From NCBI GenBank assembly GCA_015065105.1, contig SVQZ01000001.1, positions 40,996 to 104,995 on the forward strand: a stretch of 64,000 nucleotides of DNA, given 5' to 3'. The stretch comes from Oscillospiraceae bacterium. GTDB taxonomy: Bacteria > Bacillota > Clostridia > Oscillospirales > CAG-272. A model generated the notes under the pieces. That model did no database searches. It was not told where the DNA came from and saw only the letters and a program-made list of their open reading frames with translations. Position numbers and translations under genes: made by a program. Below, in pieces: positions 40,314 through 49,312 of the stretch (the stretch's first letter is position 1; each line of letters starts with the position of its first letter).

Positions 40314-41798
40314 TTATGCAAAGGGATTTTCGGTCTTATAAGGAAGTGAAGCAGGCTGATTATATGCTATATCCTTAACTCCGAGAAGCTTAACAACCTC
40401 AAAGAGGGTCTTGCCGCAGTTAGCAAATCCGACACCGGAATGGTGAGGATAGTTCTTTTCAATAAGAACGTGACGGTAGAAACGAGGCATTTCGGGAATA
40501 GCGATAATACCTATAGTCCCGAAGGAATGGGTGGGCATATCAAGGGTCTCACCTTGAGCAATATAAGAGGTAAGCCTACAGTCTGCAGTACCCTGAAGTC
40601 TGAAGATGGTAACGGGAGAGGTGATAAGATCTCCTTCTGCTGTACCTCTTGTGATAAAGGGCTCGCCTTCGGGCTCAAGGTCACGCTTCATGATCCTCTG
40701 ATAACCCATGGTAGGCTTCTTTAAGAAGCAGATAGAACCGTTACCGCAATGGAATCCCATAAACATTTCGTTAGGCTTATATCCGTTAGCCTTATCCTTG
40801 TATGCTTCATAAAGATCCTTGGGAACTGTGTTGTTGATATCGAGAAGGGCAGGAGCCTTACCTGTAGCAAGGTAGAGCATATACTCGGTAAGAGTACCGT
40901 AGATATCAACCTCGCAGGAAACGGTGATACCCTTAGCCGAGAGTCTGCCGTTTACGTAGCAGGGAACTATCTTGAATGCAGTCTGGAAGGAGGGCCAGCA
41001 CTTATTGGCAAAGATAACGTGCTCACAAGCACCTCTGTTGGCTTCAGCCCAGTCAAGAAGGGTAACCTCATACTGTGCAAGTCTTGCAAGTGCATCGGGA
41101 TATGTAACACAACCGCCGTAATCTGCAAGCATTTCTTCAACTATTGCAGGAATTCTTTCGTCATTTTCATGCTCATTAAAGGAACAGAAAAGGTCAAGCT
41201 CGCTGTTTTCCTGAATTTCCACACCGAGATCGTAAAGAGGCTTGATGGGAGCATTACAAGCAACAAAATCCATAGGTCTGGGACCGAAGGAAATGATCTT
41301 AAGAGAAGAAAGGCCTATAATAACTCTTGCGATAGGCTCGAACTCTGCGATAGAAGCTGCAGTTTCGTCTGCTGTACCAACAGGCTCTTCGGGGATGAAT
41401 ACCTTGAGACCGCGCATATTGAGGTTATAGGACGCGTTGAGCATACCGCAGTATGCGTCGCCTCTGCCGTCGAAGAGATCATTCATAGATTCCTCGGCTG
41501 CAGCACAGAACATTCTGGGACCCCAGAATTTCTGAGCCATCATAGTTTCGGGGGTTTCGGGACCGAAATTTCCGAGGTAAACTATAAGAGCGTTTACGTC
41601 ATTTGCCTTGAGGTCATCCAGAGCCTTCAATGCGTCATTTTCGTTTTCAACGAGTACAGGGCAGTTGTAAAGCTCTAAACCAAGCTTATCGCATTCAGCC
41701 TTAACAGCATTTCTTCTGTTTGTACTGAGCTCCTTGGAAAAACAGCTTCTGCTTACCGCAACAATACCCATTTTAACTTTTACGTCGTTAGTAAACAT
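40314..41798 (-). CDS. L-fucose/L-arabinose isomerase family protein
   Basis: GNFGPE, RGDAYCG, CEVDIYG, GFHCGN, YPHH; 4 bp downstream of ribulokinase. Confidence 0.8.
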   Translation of the reverse strand: MFTNDVKVKMGIVAVSRSCFSKELSTNRRNAVKAECDKLGLELYNCPVLVENENDALKALDDLKANDVNALIVYLGNFGPETPETMMAQKFWGPRMFCAAAEESMNDLFDGRGDAYCGMLNASYNLNMRGLKVFIPEEPVGTADETAASIAEFEPIARVIIGLSSLKIISFGPRPMDFVACNAPIKPLYDLGVEIQENSELDLFCSFNEHENDERIPAIVEEMLADYGGCVTYPDALARLAQYEVTLLDWAEANRGACEHVIFANKCWPSFQTAFKIVPCYVNGRLSAKGITVSCEVDIYGTLTEYMLYLATGKAPALLDINNTVPKDLYEAYKDKANGYKPNEMFMGFHCGNGSICFLKKPTMGYQRIMKRDLEPEGEPFITRGTAEGDLITSPVTIFRLQGTADCRLTSYIAQGETLDMPTHSFGTIGIIAIPEMPRFYRHVLIEKNYPHHSGVGFANCGKTLFEVVKLLGVKDIAYNQPASLPYKTENPFA

Positions 41799-41802
41799 AG
41801 TT

Positions 41803-43461
41803 TTACTCCTTTATATTCTTAATATTTTTCATTATTTTATTTTTACCTCTGCCGAAATAATCAAACAGAGTGCAAAATTCATCATAAAGCTTATCGTAGA
41901 TCAGTTTATTTTTGAGATCAGGCTTATATACGACATCCTTTAATTTGCCCATTTTTTGCGCGGCTTGAGCAACCGTATCATATCCGCCGGATCCCTTACC
42001 TGCGGCAACTGCACCGAATATCGCCGCTCCGAGCGCCGCCGCCTGAGGCGAGCCCGAAACCTTAATATCACAGCCTATAACGTCGCAATATAATTGCATT
42101 ACAAAAGGGTTCTTTTCTGCAATTCCTCCCGCGGCATGAATTATATCTATATTCAGACCGTATTTACGGAAATTTTCGATTATCATTCTTGCTCCGTAGG
42201 CTGTTGCTTCTACCAAGGCTCTGAAGATATCCTCAGGTTTTGTTGAAAGATCCATACCTACTATCGTACCCGAAAGATCGGCTCCGCCTTCAAGAGCTCT
42301 GTTGCCGTTCCACCAATCAAGAGCTATAAGATGATTTTCTCCCGGCTCAAGCCTTGATGCAAGATCGAATATATACTGCATTTCTGAAATTCCAAGTTCA
42401 TCGGCTTTTTTCTTATACGAATAGGGAAGCATATTTTCAAGATACCATGCGAAGTGATCTCCCATGCAAGCTTGACCTGCCTCATAGCCGAAATATCCCG
42501 GTATCATACCGTCTTTAACGTAACCTGCAATTTCTTTTACATCAAGCTCTCTTTCGTCAAGAGTCATAAAGCAGGCTGATGTTCCTAATATTAACAGCAT
42601 TTCACCCGGTTTTGTAACCTTTGCAGCGGGAACTGTGCAATGGCCGTCGATATTACCTACAGCAACCGCTGTTCCTTCCTGCAGACCTAATCTTTGTGCC
42701 ATTTCCTTGGTTAACGATCCGGCTTTAGTACCAATAGATTGTACCGGAGCGTTGAGTTTTTCCTGAACAAGATTCTTTAACCGTACGTCAAGCTCTTCAA
42801 AAAACAAGGGATCGGGATACCCGTCGTCCGAATGCCATAATGCCTTATAGCCTGAGGTACAGGAGCTTCTGACCTGCTTTCCCGTTAACTGCCATACTAT
42901 CCAATCAGCCGCTTCTATAAAATAATCTGCGCTGTTATAGACCTCAGGAGCGTTATTCAGAATATGCATCACCTTAGGAACAAGCCATTCGGGGGAAATA
43001 TTGCCGCCGTAACGCTCTATAAATGCCATACCCTTGCTTCTCGCGTGGTTGGTTAATAAAGCCGCTTCCTCAACCGATGAATGATCCTTCCATAATTTAA
43101 CGTAAGAGCAGGGAAGAGATGAAAATCTTTCATCAAAACAAAGAGGAGTACCGTCTGAATAAACAGGAATCAGCGTACATGACGTAAAATCAATGCCTAT
43201 TCCAATTATGTCCGATTTATGAACGCCCGATCTCTTAATAATTTCAGGAACGCAATGCTCAAGGACGTCTATGTAATCATGGGGATGCTGTAAAGCATAA
43301 TCACGAGGTAACTTAATGTCCGAATTATATAAAACTTTATCCATTACTCCGTGTTTATACTCAAGAACCTCTGTAGCAATCTCGGCACCGTTTGCAATAT
43401 CAACCAAAACAGCCCGTCCTGATAAGGTTCCGTAATCGATTCCAATTGTATATTTAGACAT
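41803..43461 (-). CDS. araB: ribulokinase (FGGY family)
   Basis: GIDYGTLSGRAVL, GIDFTSCT, KLWKDH, LDWWNGNR, EATAYG. Confidence 0.88.
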   Translation of the reverse strand: MSKYTIGIDYGTLSGRAVLVDIANGAEIATEVLEYKHGVMDKVLYNSDIKLPRDYALQHPHDYIDVLEHCVPEIIKRSGVHKSDIIGIGIDFTSCTLIPVYSDGTPLCFDERFSSLPCSYVKLWKDHSSVEEAALLTNHARSKGMAFIERYGGNISPEWLVPKVMHILNNAPEVYNSADYFIEAADWIVWQLTGKQVRSSCTSGYKALWHSDDGYPDPLFFEELDVRLKNLVQEKLNAPVQSIGTKAGSLTKEMAQRLGLQEGTAVAVGNIDGHCTVPAAKVTKPGEMLLILGTSACFMTLDERELDVKEIAGYVKDGMIPGYFGYEAGQACMGDHFAWYLENMLPYSYKKKADELGISEMQYIFDLASRLEPGENHLIALDWWNGNRALEGGADLSGTIVGMDLSTKPEDIFRALVEATAYGARMIIENFRKYGLNIDIIHAAGGIAEKNPFVMQLYCDVIGCDIKVSGSPQAAALGAAIFGAVAAGKGSGGYDTVAQAAQKMGKLKDVVYKPDLKNKLIYDKLYDEFCTLFDYFGRGKNKIMKNIKNIKE

Positions 43462-43486
43462 AACATTCTCCTTGATTATTTATATA

Positions 43487-43515
43487 ATTATATCATAAGG
43501 AATTTTATTTTACAA
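43487..43515 (-). promoter_or_regulatory. sigma-A promoter of the araB-isomerase operon
   Basis: Minus strand TTGTAA-N17-TATAAT with TG extension. Confidence 0.65.
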
Positions 43516-43553
43516 GAAGATTTTCATTATTTATATAAAAAAGATGAAAACAG

Positions 43554-43717
43554 AATCGAAAGGAATTTTTTTGATGAGTATATATACGTCTGACAGATTT
43601 AAAATCAAAAGGATTTTTTTGTGACATATAAAGTATCGTTAAATAAAAATAAAATCGAAAGGATTTTTTTAAACGTATCGATCATAGCTGATAAGTATTT
43701 AAATCGAAACGTATTTT
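43554..43717. repeat. four degenerate ~20-bp repeats (AAAATCGAAAGGATTTTTTT) at 49-50 bp period
   Basis: ATC cores at 43555, 43604, 43654, 43703; AAAATC/GATTTT internal dyad. Confidence 0.7.
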
Positions 43718-43904
43718 ATAAAACGTCAGTAAATAATTAAATTCTGATATAAGAATTGTAATTTAATATAGTTTAACATTCCGCTTTTTAAGCTTCAAAT
43801 CATAACAGATACCCAAAATTATATCTCGTCCTTATTTTAATAAATTCTTTCACTTCCCTCAATTATATAAAATTTGCATTTTATATAATTTGATATTAAA
43901 TTTT

Positions 43905-43928
43905 ACAGGGCAGTTTCAACTGCCCCGT
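43905..43928 (-). terminator. terminator of the phosphatase cluster
   Basis: GGGCAGTT-TC-AACTGCCC hairpin right after the stop. Confidence 0.65.
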
Positions 43929-43930
43929 TA

Positions 43931-44710
43931 TTAATATAATGCTTTTCCTTCCCATGCTTCATCGGGTACAAGGTCAAGTATCTTTAATATTGTAGGAGCA
44001 ACATCCTTGATGCTGACGTCCTTGAGTACCGTACCCGCTTTAAAATCCTTACCTCTTATCATTAGCGGTATCGTAACATCCCGTTCGTCGCAATGATCGT
44101 GGTCATGACCGCTATGGTCTGATACAATGATAACCGTAGTATTTTCATCTGCTGCAGCATCAACAAGACGGTAAATTTCATCCCAAACGAAATTGCATGC
44201 TTCGATGTATTTTTCGCTCATCCATCCAAAGCCATGACCGTGGGAGTCTATCAGATCGTGATGAAAGAACGTAAAGCTGGTAAAATTATTATTGAGATAA
44301 TCGATAGCTTTATCGGTAAGCTCCTTTGTTGCTTTCTCAATGCCGTTATAATAACCGCTTACAAAGCAATCGTATGCCATAGATCCGGGTTTTGCAAGAT
44401 CTCTTAATTCACCCCAGGTATAAAACATCGCACTTCGTCTGTCTCTGCGATGAAAAATATCGGTCATTGCTTTAACCTTGTTATAATAACCGGGGTCATA
44501 GTTATCAAAGCAACCGTGCTTTTCCGGATCTACAGATTTAAAAAGCGACACGTGACAAGGCATGGTTATTGCAGGTATTACTGTTTTTGCATCAAGAGCA
44601 TATGCACAGTCCTTCATAAATTCCTTAGCTTTCGGTACGTGTTCGATCGCCGCAGGATCCATTCCGTCCGTAACAATAAGAATTACTTTCTGATCATTTA
44701 CTATATTCAT
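43931..44710 (-). CDS. alkaline phosphatase superfamily (nucleotide pyrophosphatase/phosphodiesterase-like), paralog 2
   Basis: TDG, P.ITMPCH (Thr nucleophile), D.HGH..GW, SDHSGHD.DH; ATG 44710 after GGAGG. Confidence 0.85.
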   Translation of the reverse strand: MNIVNDQKVILIVTDGMDPAAIEHVPKAKEFMKDCAYALDAKTVIPAITMPCHVSLFKSVDPEKHGCFDNYDPGYYNKVKAMTDIFHRRDRRSAMFYTWGELRDLAKPGSMAYDCFVSGYYNGIEKATKELTDKAIDYLNNNFTSFTFFHHDLIDSHGHGFGWMSEKYIEACNFVWDEIYRLVDAAADENTTVIIVSDHSGHDHDHCDERDVTIPLMIRGKDFKAGTVLKDVSIKDVAPTILKILDLVPDEAWEGKALY

Positions 44711-44729
44711 TTTTACCTCCGTTAAATAA

Positions 44730-45506
44730 TTATAAAATCGATCTGCCGTCCCATTCCTCATCGGGAGCTATACCTAAAAGAGTTGTTACGGTTGGTGCTA
44801 TATCCAAAATTGATATATTTTCAAGAGCACTTCCCTTTTCAAAGCGTTTTCCCTTTATTATAACGGGTATCCTTGTATCACATTCGCTTCCGTGATCATT
44901 GTCATGTCCCGAATGATCGGATATAACGATAATAGTGGTTTCATCGTCTGCGGCATCAGCCACTTTATATATTTCGTCCCAAACGAAACGTACCGCATCA
45001 ATATATTTTTTACTCATCCAGCCATATCCGTGTCCTACGTCATCGATCAGGTCATAGTGCAGGAAGATGAACGACGCTTCATCATTGCTCATAAAATCAA
45101 TAACACTATTTGTAAGCTTTTTTACTGTTTCCCTGTTACCGTAAAAATCCTTGTTAATATAACAGGAATAAGCAATATCATTAGGTCTTGTAAGATATTT
45201 CAGCTGTTCCCATGCATAGAACATGGCGGATTTACGGTCGTTAAGACGTAAAACATCGCAGATAGTACGGTAATCCTTATCAGGCTTTCTATATCCGTTT
45301 GTGGTTATGGTATGCTTTGACGGTTCAACAGACTTAAAGAGAGAAAAGTGACAAGGCAACGTATCCGAAGGCATTACCGAGCGTGCATTCATGCAGGAAG
45401 CGGAACCCTTTAAAAATTCTTTTGCTTTCGGTATATACTCAACAGCATCGGGATGCATTCCGTCAGTTAATATTAAAATAATCTTATCGTTGATCGCTGA
45501 AGCCAT
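44730..45506 (-). CDS. alkaline phosphatase superfamily protein, paralog 1
   Basis: TDG, PSDTLPCH, DDVGHGYGW, SDHSGHD.DH. Confidence 0.85.
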   Translation of the reverse strand: MASAINDKIILILTDGMHPDAVEYIPKAKEFLKGSASCMNARSVMPSDTLPCHFSLFKSVEPSKHTITTNGYRKPDKDYRTICDVLRLNDRKSAMFYAWEQLKYLTRPNDIAYSCYINKDFYGNRETVKKLTNSVIDFMSNDEASFIFLHYDLIDDVGHGYGWMSKKYIDAVRFVWDEIYKVADAADDETTIIVISDHSGHDNDHGSECDTRIPVIIKGKRFEKGSALENISILDIAPTVTTLLGIAPDEEWDGRSIL

Positions 45507-45517
45507 ATTTTACCTCA

Positions 45518-46216
45518 TTAAACATAATATTCCTCAAGAGTATCAAGGCATATACAGGAAAGGGGATTTCCGAAGACAGCACCGCAGTCGATAGCTATAT
45601 GGAAATTCTTTCGGTATATCCTGCCTTTATTGGAAGGATCTATATAAAAAGTAGGAGTATGTCCCGTTACAAGATATTTATCCTCAAAATACACTCTGTT
45701 ATAATTACAGCGGTACCATACAAGCTCCTTTATGCTGTAATCCTCAAGCGGCTTTCCCTGTGAAAAATTATCAAGGCCTGCATGAACCAAAAGGAAATCT
45801 CTTCCGTTCACCGTAAGCTCCTTATATACAATAAAATCGTTAATGTAATCAAGAATACGCTTTCTTTTAACATAGTTAAGGGCGGTGAATGCCTTATATG
45901 TCGGATATCCTCCGTTATCCGTCCAATGCGTAAGGCTTCTGTAAACCTTATCGCTGATCTGAGAAGAGTAGTTTTCTTCGGTTATCTCAACGTTAAGCGC
46001 TTCAAGGACTGTAAATGCCATAAGCTCATGATTACCGAGCATGGGTATCACATTTCGCCGCTTCATCATATCAAGCAGTATATCTATTCCGTTATCTCCC
46101 CTGTCGATAACGTCGCCTAAAATATATAAAGTATCCTCGGAGCTGAAATCGATCTTTTCAAGCATAGCAAGATATTTATCATAACATCCGTGAATATCAC
46201 TCATAACGTAATTCAT
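45518..46216 (-). CDS. calcineurin-like metallophosphoesterase (PPP/PrpA-like)
   Basis: SDIHG, GDVIDRG, GNHE, HAG, GHTP, IDCG. Confidence 0.9.
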   Translation of the reverse strand: MNYVMSDIHGCYDKYLAMLEKIDFSSEDTLYILGDVIDRGDNGIDILLDMMKRRNVIPMLGNHELMAFTVLEALNVEITEENYSSQISDKVYRSLTHWTDNGGYPTYKAFTALNYVKRKRILDYINDFIVYKELTVNGRDFLLVHAGLDNFSQGKPLEDYSIKELVWYRCNYNRVYFEDKYLVTGHTPTFYIDPSNKGRIYRKNFHIAIDCGAVFGNPLSCICLDTLEEYYV

Positions 46217-46431
46217 ATATCTACTCCTTTCTTAATTAATATTATAACAATTTTACTTCCTTATGTCAATATTTATATAAAGTACCGCAGACCCCAGCGA
46301 ATTTCTACATTTTTTTGATAACGTAGGAGTAGATTTTTCTTATAATATAAAAAATTGTATTTTATTATTTACTTTGAAAAAATTTTGTGTTATAATAAGA
46401 TGATTATGAAAATATTCGGAGGTCTTACACA

Positions 46432-47178
46432 ATGAAAGCAATAATTATGGCTGCCGGCAAAGGCACAAGATTACAGGAGCCCGGCAATCCTAAGCCCAAG
46501 GTACTTCGCGAAGCAAACGGACGTCCCCTTTTAGACTACGTTTTCGATGCAATGCCTATGATAGAAAAAAAGGATATTACTGTTGTAACAGGCTTCATGA
46601 GCGAGCTTGTTGAGGACGCATTCAAGGATTACGGATGCTCCTTCCAGCGTCAGGGCGACGATGCATACGGCACAGGATATGCCGTTATGTGCGGTATAGA
46701 AAATGCTAATTTCAATGATTATCACGGAGATATCCTTATCGTTAACGGAGATGCTCCCCTTACCGCTCTCGAAACTGTTAAAGGTATCATAGCACAGCAC
46801 GAAGCAGAAGGCAACCTTGCAACCCTTCTTTCTGCTGACACACAGTTAAAGCTTCCCTACGGAAGAATCATCCGTGACGAAAACGGCAACGTTATTGATA
46901 TCCGCGAGGAAAAGGATTGCACAGAGGAAGAAAAGGCTATCACCGAGCTCAACGTTGGTATGTACGTATTCAATGCCGATGCTCTCCGAGAGGCTCTTAA
47001 GGTTATCGACTGCAATAATGCCGCAGGAGAATATTACATAACCGACGTTCCTCCCGCTATTGCAAGAATGGGTAAAAAGGTCAACGCTTATATTACTACT
47101 GATGACGATGAGCTTATCGGCGTAAATACACCCGAGGATCTCGCGACTGTTGAAAAGATCCTTAATTCAAGGAAATAA
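46432..47178 (+). CDS. GlmU-like sugar-phosphate nucleotidyltransferase (N-terminal domain only)
   Basis: MAAGKGTR..PKVL, GTGYAV, NGDAP, YGRIIR, NAAGEYYITD; no left-handed beta-helix domain. Confidence 0.85.
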   Translation: MKAIIMAAGKGTRLQEPGNPKPKVLREANGRPLLDYVFDAMPMIEKKDITVVTGFMSELVEDAFKDYGCSFQRQGDDAYGTGYAVMCGIENANFNDYHGDILIVNGDAPLTALETVKGIIAQHEAEGNLATLLSADTQLKLPYGRIIRDENGNVIDIREEKDCTEEEKAITELNVGMYVFNADALREALKVIDCNNAAGEYYITDVPPAIARMGKKVNAYITTDDDELIGVNTPEDLATVEKILNSRK

Positions 47179-47199
47179 TTATAATATTTAGGGGATATT

Positions 47200-47817
47200 A
47201 TGGATAAGAATATAGAATTCCGCAAGCAGATGCGCGGATACAATACCGAAGACGTTAACCGCTTTATATCTGAAGAAAACGTTCGCTTCAATAAGATCGA
47301 GGAACGCTATAAAAAAGATGCCGACGAAATGAGCGTACGTATCAAAGAATTGGAGTATAAATTGGAGGAATCAAAAAAAAGTGATGCTGAGATACGCGAT
47401 CTTATGATCAAAAATGAGCTTCTCACATCAGAGCTTGAATCTCTTAAGACTTCCCTTTCCGAAAAGGACGTTCTCATTGAATCCATGAAGGAAGAGCTCG
47501 AAAAGGCAGATGAAAAAATGTCAGAGCTTAAAAGAATCCCCGACTCAAGAATAATCAGCACAGTTACTCCCGATATGGAATTATGCCGTGAGAAGGCTGA
47601 AAAGTATGACGCAATTTGTGACAGAGTCGATGAGATCCTCAATTTCGCAAAGGAAGAGGCTGAAAAGATCATCAAGGAGGCTTCTGACTATAAGATAGCG
47701 GCACAGCGTAATGCCAAAAGAGAATCAGATGCATTCAAAAGCTCCATCAACAACCGCTCCGATTCTATCATCGAGGATCTCAAGAAAACTATCCGCAAGC
47801 AGATATTAGGTAAATAA
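47200..47817 (+). CDS. DivIVA-domain coiled-coil protein
   Basis: FRKQMRGYNTEDVNRFI DivIVA head, long coiled coil, AKEEAEKII. Confidence 0.7.
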   Translation: MDKNIEFRKQMRGYNTEDVNRFISEENVRFNKIEERYKKDADEMSVRIKELEYKLEESKKSDAEIRDLMIKNELLTSELESLKTSLSEKDVLIESMKEELEKADEKMSELKRIPDSRIISTVTPDMELCREKAEKYDAICDRVDEILNFAKEEAEKIIKEASDYKIAAQRNAKRESDAFKSSINNRSDSIIEDLKKTIRKQILGK

Positions 47818-47840
47818 TCCATCTTCCCTTTGATCCACTG

Positions 47841-47926
47841 AAGAGCTGGTGCAGGCCCGTACCGATTATCGGGTTGAACCTTACACAAGCTTGTTTTTCA
47901 GTACCCGAAGTACACCAATTTCCTAT
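47841..47926 (-). repeat. terminator-docked dispersed repeat, full copy B
   Basis: Reverse complement ATAGGAAATTGGTGTACTTCGGGTACTGAAAAACAAGC... matches 33226-33314. Confidence 0.85.
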
Positions 47927-47931
47927 ACATC

Positions 47932-47960
47932 AAAAAAGACGGTACAAAACGTACCGTCTT
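47932..47960. terminator. bidirectional terminator
   Basis: AAGACGGTAC-AAAAC-GTACCGTCTT with flanking A-tract. Confidence 0.8.
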
Positions 47961-48393
47961 AATTTTTTCTTATTATATACTCTAAAAATCTTATTAACCA
48001 AGGTATATTTCTTACAGCTATAAACATCAAAAATGTCCCTACCCATATAAGTAAAGAAGGAATACTGTACATATATTTTAATATTCGTTTGAATATTCCA
48101 ACTTTAAATACAAAGGCAAGATTAAGAAAGATCAAAGTAAGTATAAGATATATGATTCCGAAAAATACTACGGGATTATACTTAAATGCTTCGATAAAAT
48201 TAAAAAGCAGAAAATTCTTTACACACCTTGTTCCTCCGCAGGTAGCACATTGCAATCCGAAAAGAGTCCATGTACAGGGTCTTTGTGTTGAAAGCATTTT
48301 TAAGCTGAGCCATCTTAAAAGGATCCATGCGGGAATCGTGAGAATATCACAGATAAAAACAAGGAGTCTCGCGTTTTTATTTAAAAATTTCAA
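47959..48393 (-). CDS. DUF2752 family membrane protein
   Basis: PC.....G.QCATCGGTR.......F..AF.YNP motif. Confidence 0.8.
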   Translation of the reverse strand: MKFLNKNARLLVFICDILTIPAWILLRWLSLKMLSTQRPCTWTLFGLQCATCGGTRCVKNFLLFNFIEAFKYNPVVFFGIIYLILTLIFLNLAFVFKVGIFKRILKYMYSIPSLLIWVGTFLMFIAVRNIPWLIRFLEYIIRKN

Positions 48394-48518
48394 AATTACA
48401 CCTCAAGCTTGTGTTTTATTAAGTATAACATATCAAAAGCTGAAATTCAATAAGAATATGAATAATAAACCTTCTGTTGCTAACAATAATATTAAGAACT
48501 TAAAAGGAGGTTTGAAAA

Positions 48519-48698
48519 ATGAATTGCTGTAATAACAATAAAGCAAACAGTTCCATCGAATGTACTGTTACTCAATGTAAGTATCACTGCATGAACGAAA
48601 ACTACTGTTCTCTTAATAAGATCAAGGTAGGAAGCCATGAGTCCGACCCCAAGATGTGCGAATGCACAGATTGCCAGAGCTTTGAAGCAAAAGCGTAA
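48519..48698 (+). CDS. DUF1540 family small Cys-rich protein (59 aa; absent from the ORF track)
   Basis: AAAGGAGG RBS; IECTVTQCKYH...YCSLNKIKVG...TDCQSF; terminator at ~48702-48733. Confidence 0.85.
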   Translation: MNCCNNNKANSSIECTVTQCKYHCMNENYCSLNKIKVGSHESDPKMCECTDCQSFEAKA

Positions 48699-48761
48699 TG
48701 TAAAAAGCAAGTTGGAAAACCAACTTGCTTTTTGTTTATGGGAATTTACTAAGCGCTTTAA

Positions 48762-49226
48762 TTAATAACTCATAAAGCTTGACATAAAACCTAATCCTGC
48801 GCCTAAAGCAAGACCTGCAACAGTTAAAATGATATTTACTATAAAGAGAAGCACAGTAATAATTGACAAAATGATACCGACAAGAGCCTTGCTGTTCTTA
48901 AAGCCCGCTTCCTTTGATTTTTTGTTGCCTAAAAAACCTAACACAAAACCTGCAATACCCGCAAGAAAGCAAAAGCCCTGACCGATAAGACCGTATGTAC
49001 CGCAGCAACAACAGCCTAATTCGATAACAGTTCCCGCAATGCCGATGATCATTGAAATAAGACCGAAGGTATTACCGGGATCGTCAGCAGATGAAGGCGC
49101 ACTGTTTTCGGTTTCAGGTATTATTTCGGGGGTATAGAGATTATCTTCTTTAGTTAAGTTTTCTCCGCAACCCGAACAGAATGTAGCGTTGTCCTCGTTA
49201 TATGCACCGCATTTTTTACAAAACAT
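48762..49226 (-). CDS. zinc-ribbon + transmembrane (DUF4190-like) protein
   Basis: MFCKKCG...FCSGCG, followed by three hydrophobic segments. Confidence 0.75.
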   Translation of the reverse strand: MFCKKCGAYNEDNATFCSGCGENLTKEDNLYTPEIIPETENSAPSSADDPGNTFGLISMIIGIAGTVIELGCCCCGTYGLIGQGFCFLAGIAGFVLGFLGNKKSKEAGFKNSKALVGIILSIITVLLFIVNIILTVAGLALGAGLGFMSSFMSY

Positions 49227-49312
49227 TTATGAAAACCTCCAAAACAATAATATAATAATTATACCATAAAAAACAAATATTGCAATAAGATTCCGCAAAA
49301 AATCCAATATAT

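Noticed and set aside
43554-43717. Calling the periodic array a CRISPR
   Set aside because: Repeats are short (~20 bp), degenerate and AT-rich, the spacers share words, and there are no cas genes in the window; kept only as an unexplained repeat
46300-46334. AATTTCTAC...GTAGAT resembling a Cas12a direct repeat
   Set aside because: Single copy, loop far too long, no array or cas gene; likely chance in an AT-rich promoter region
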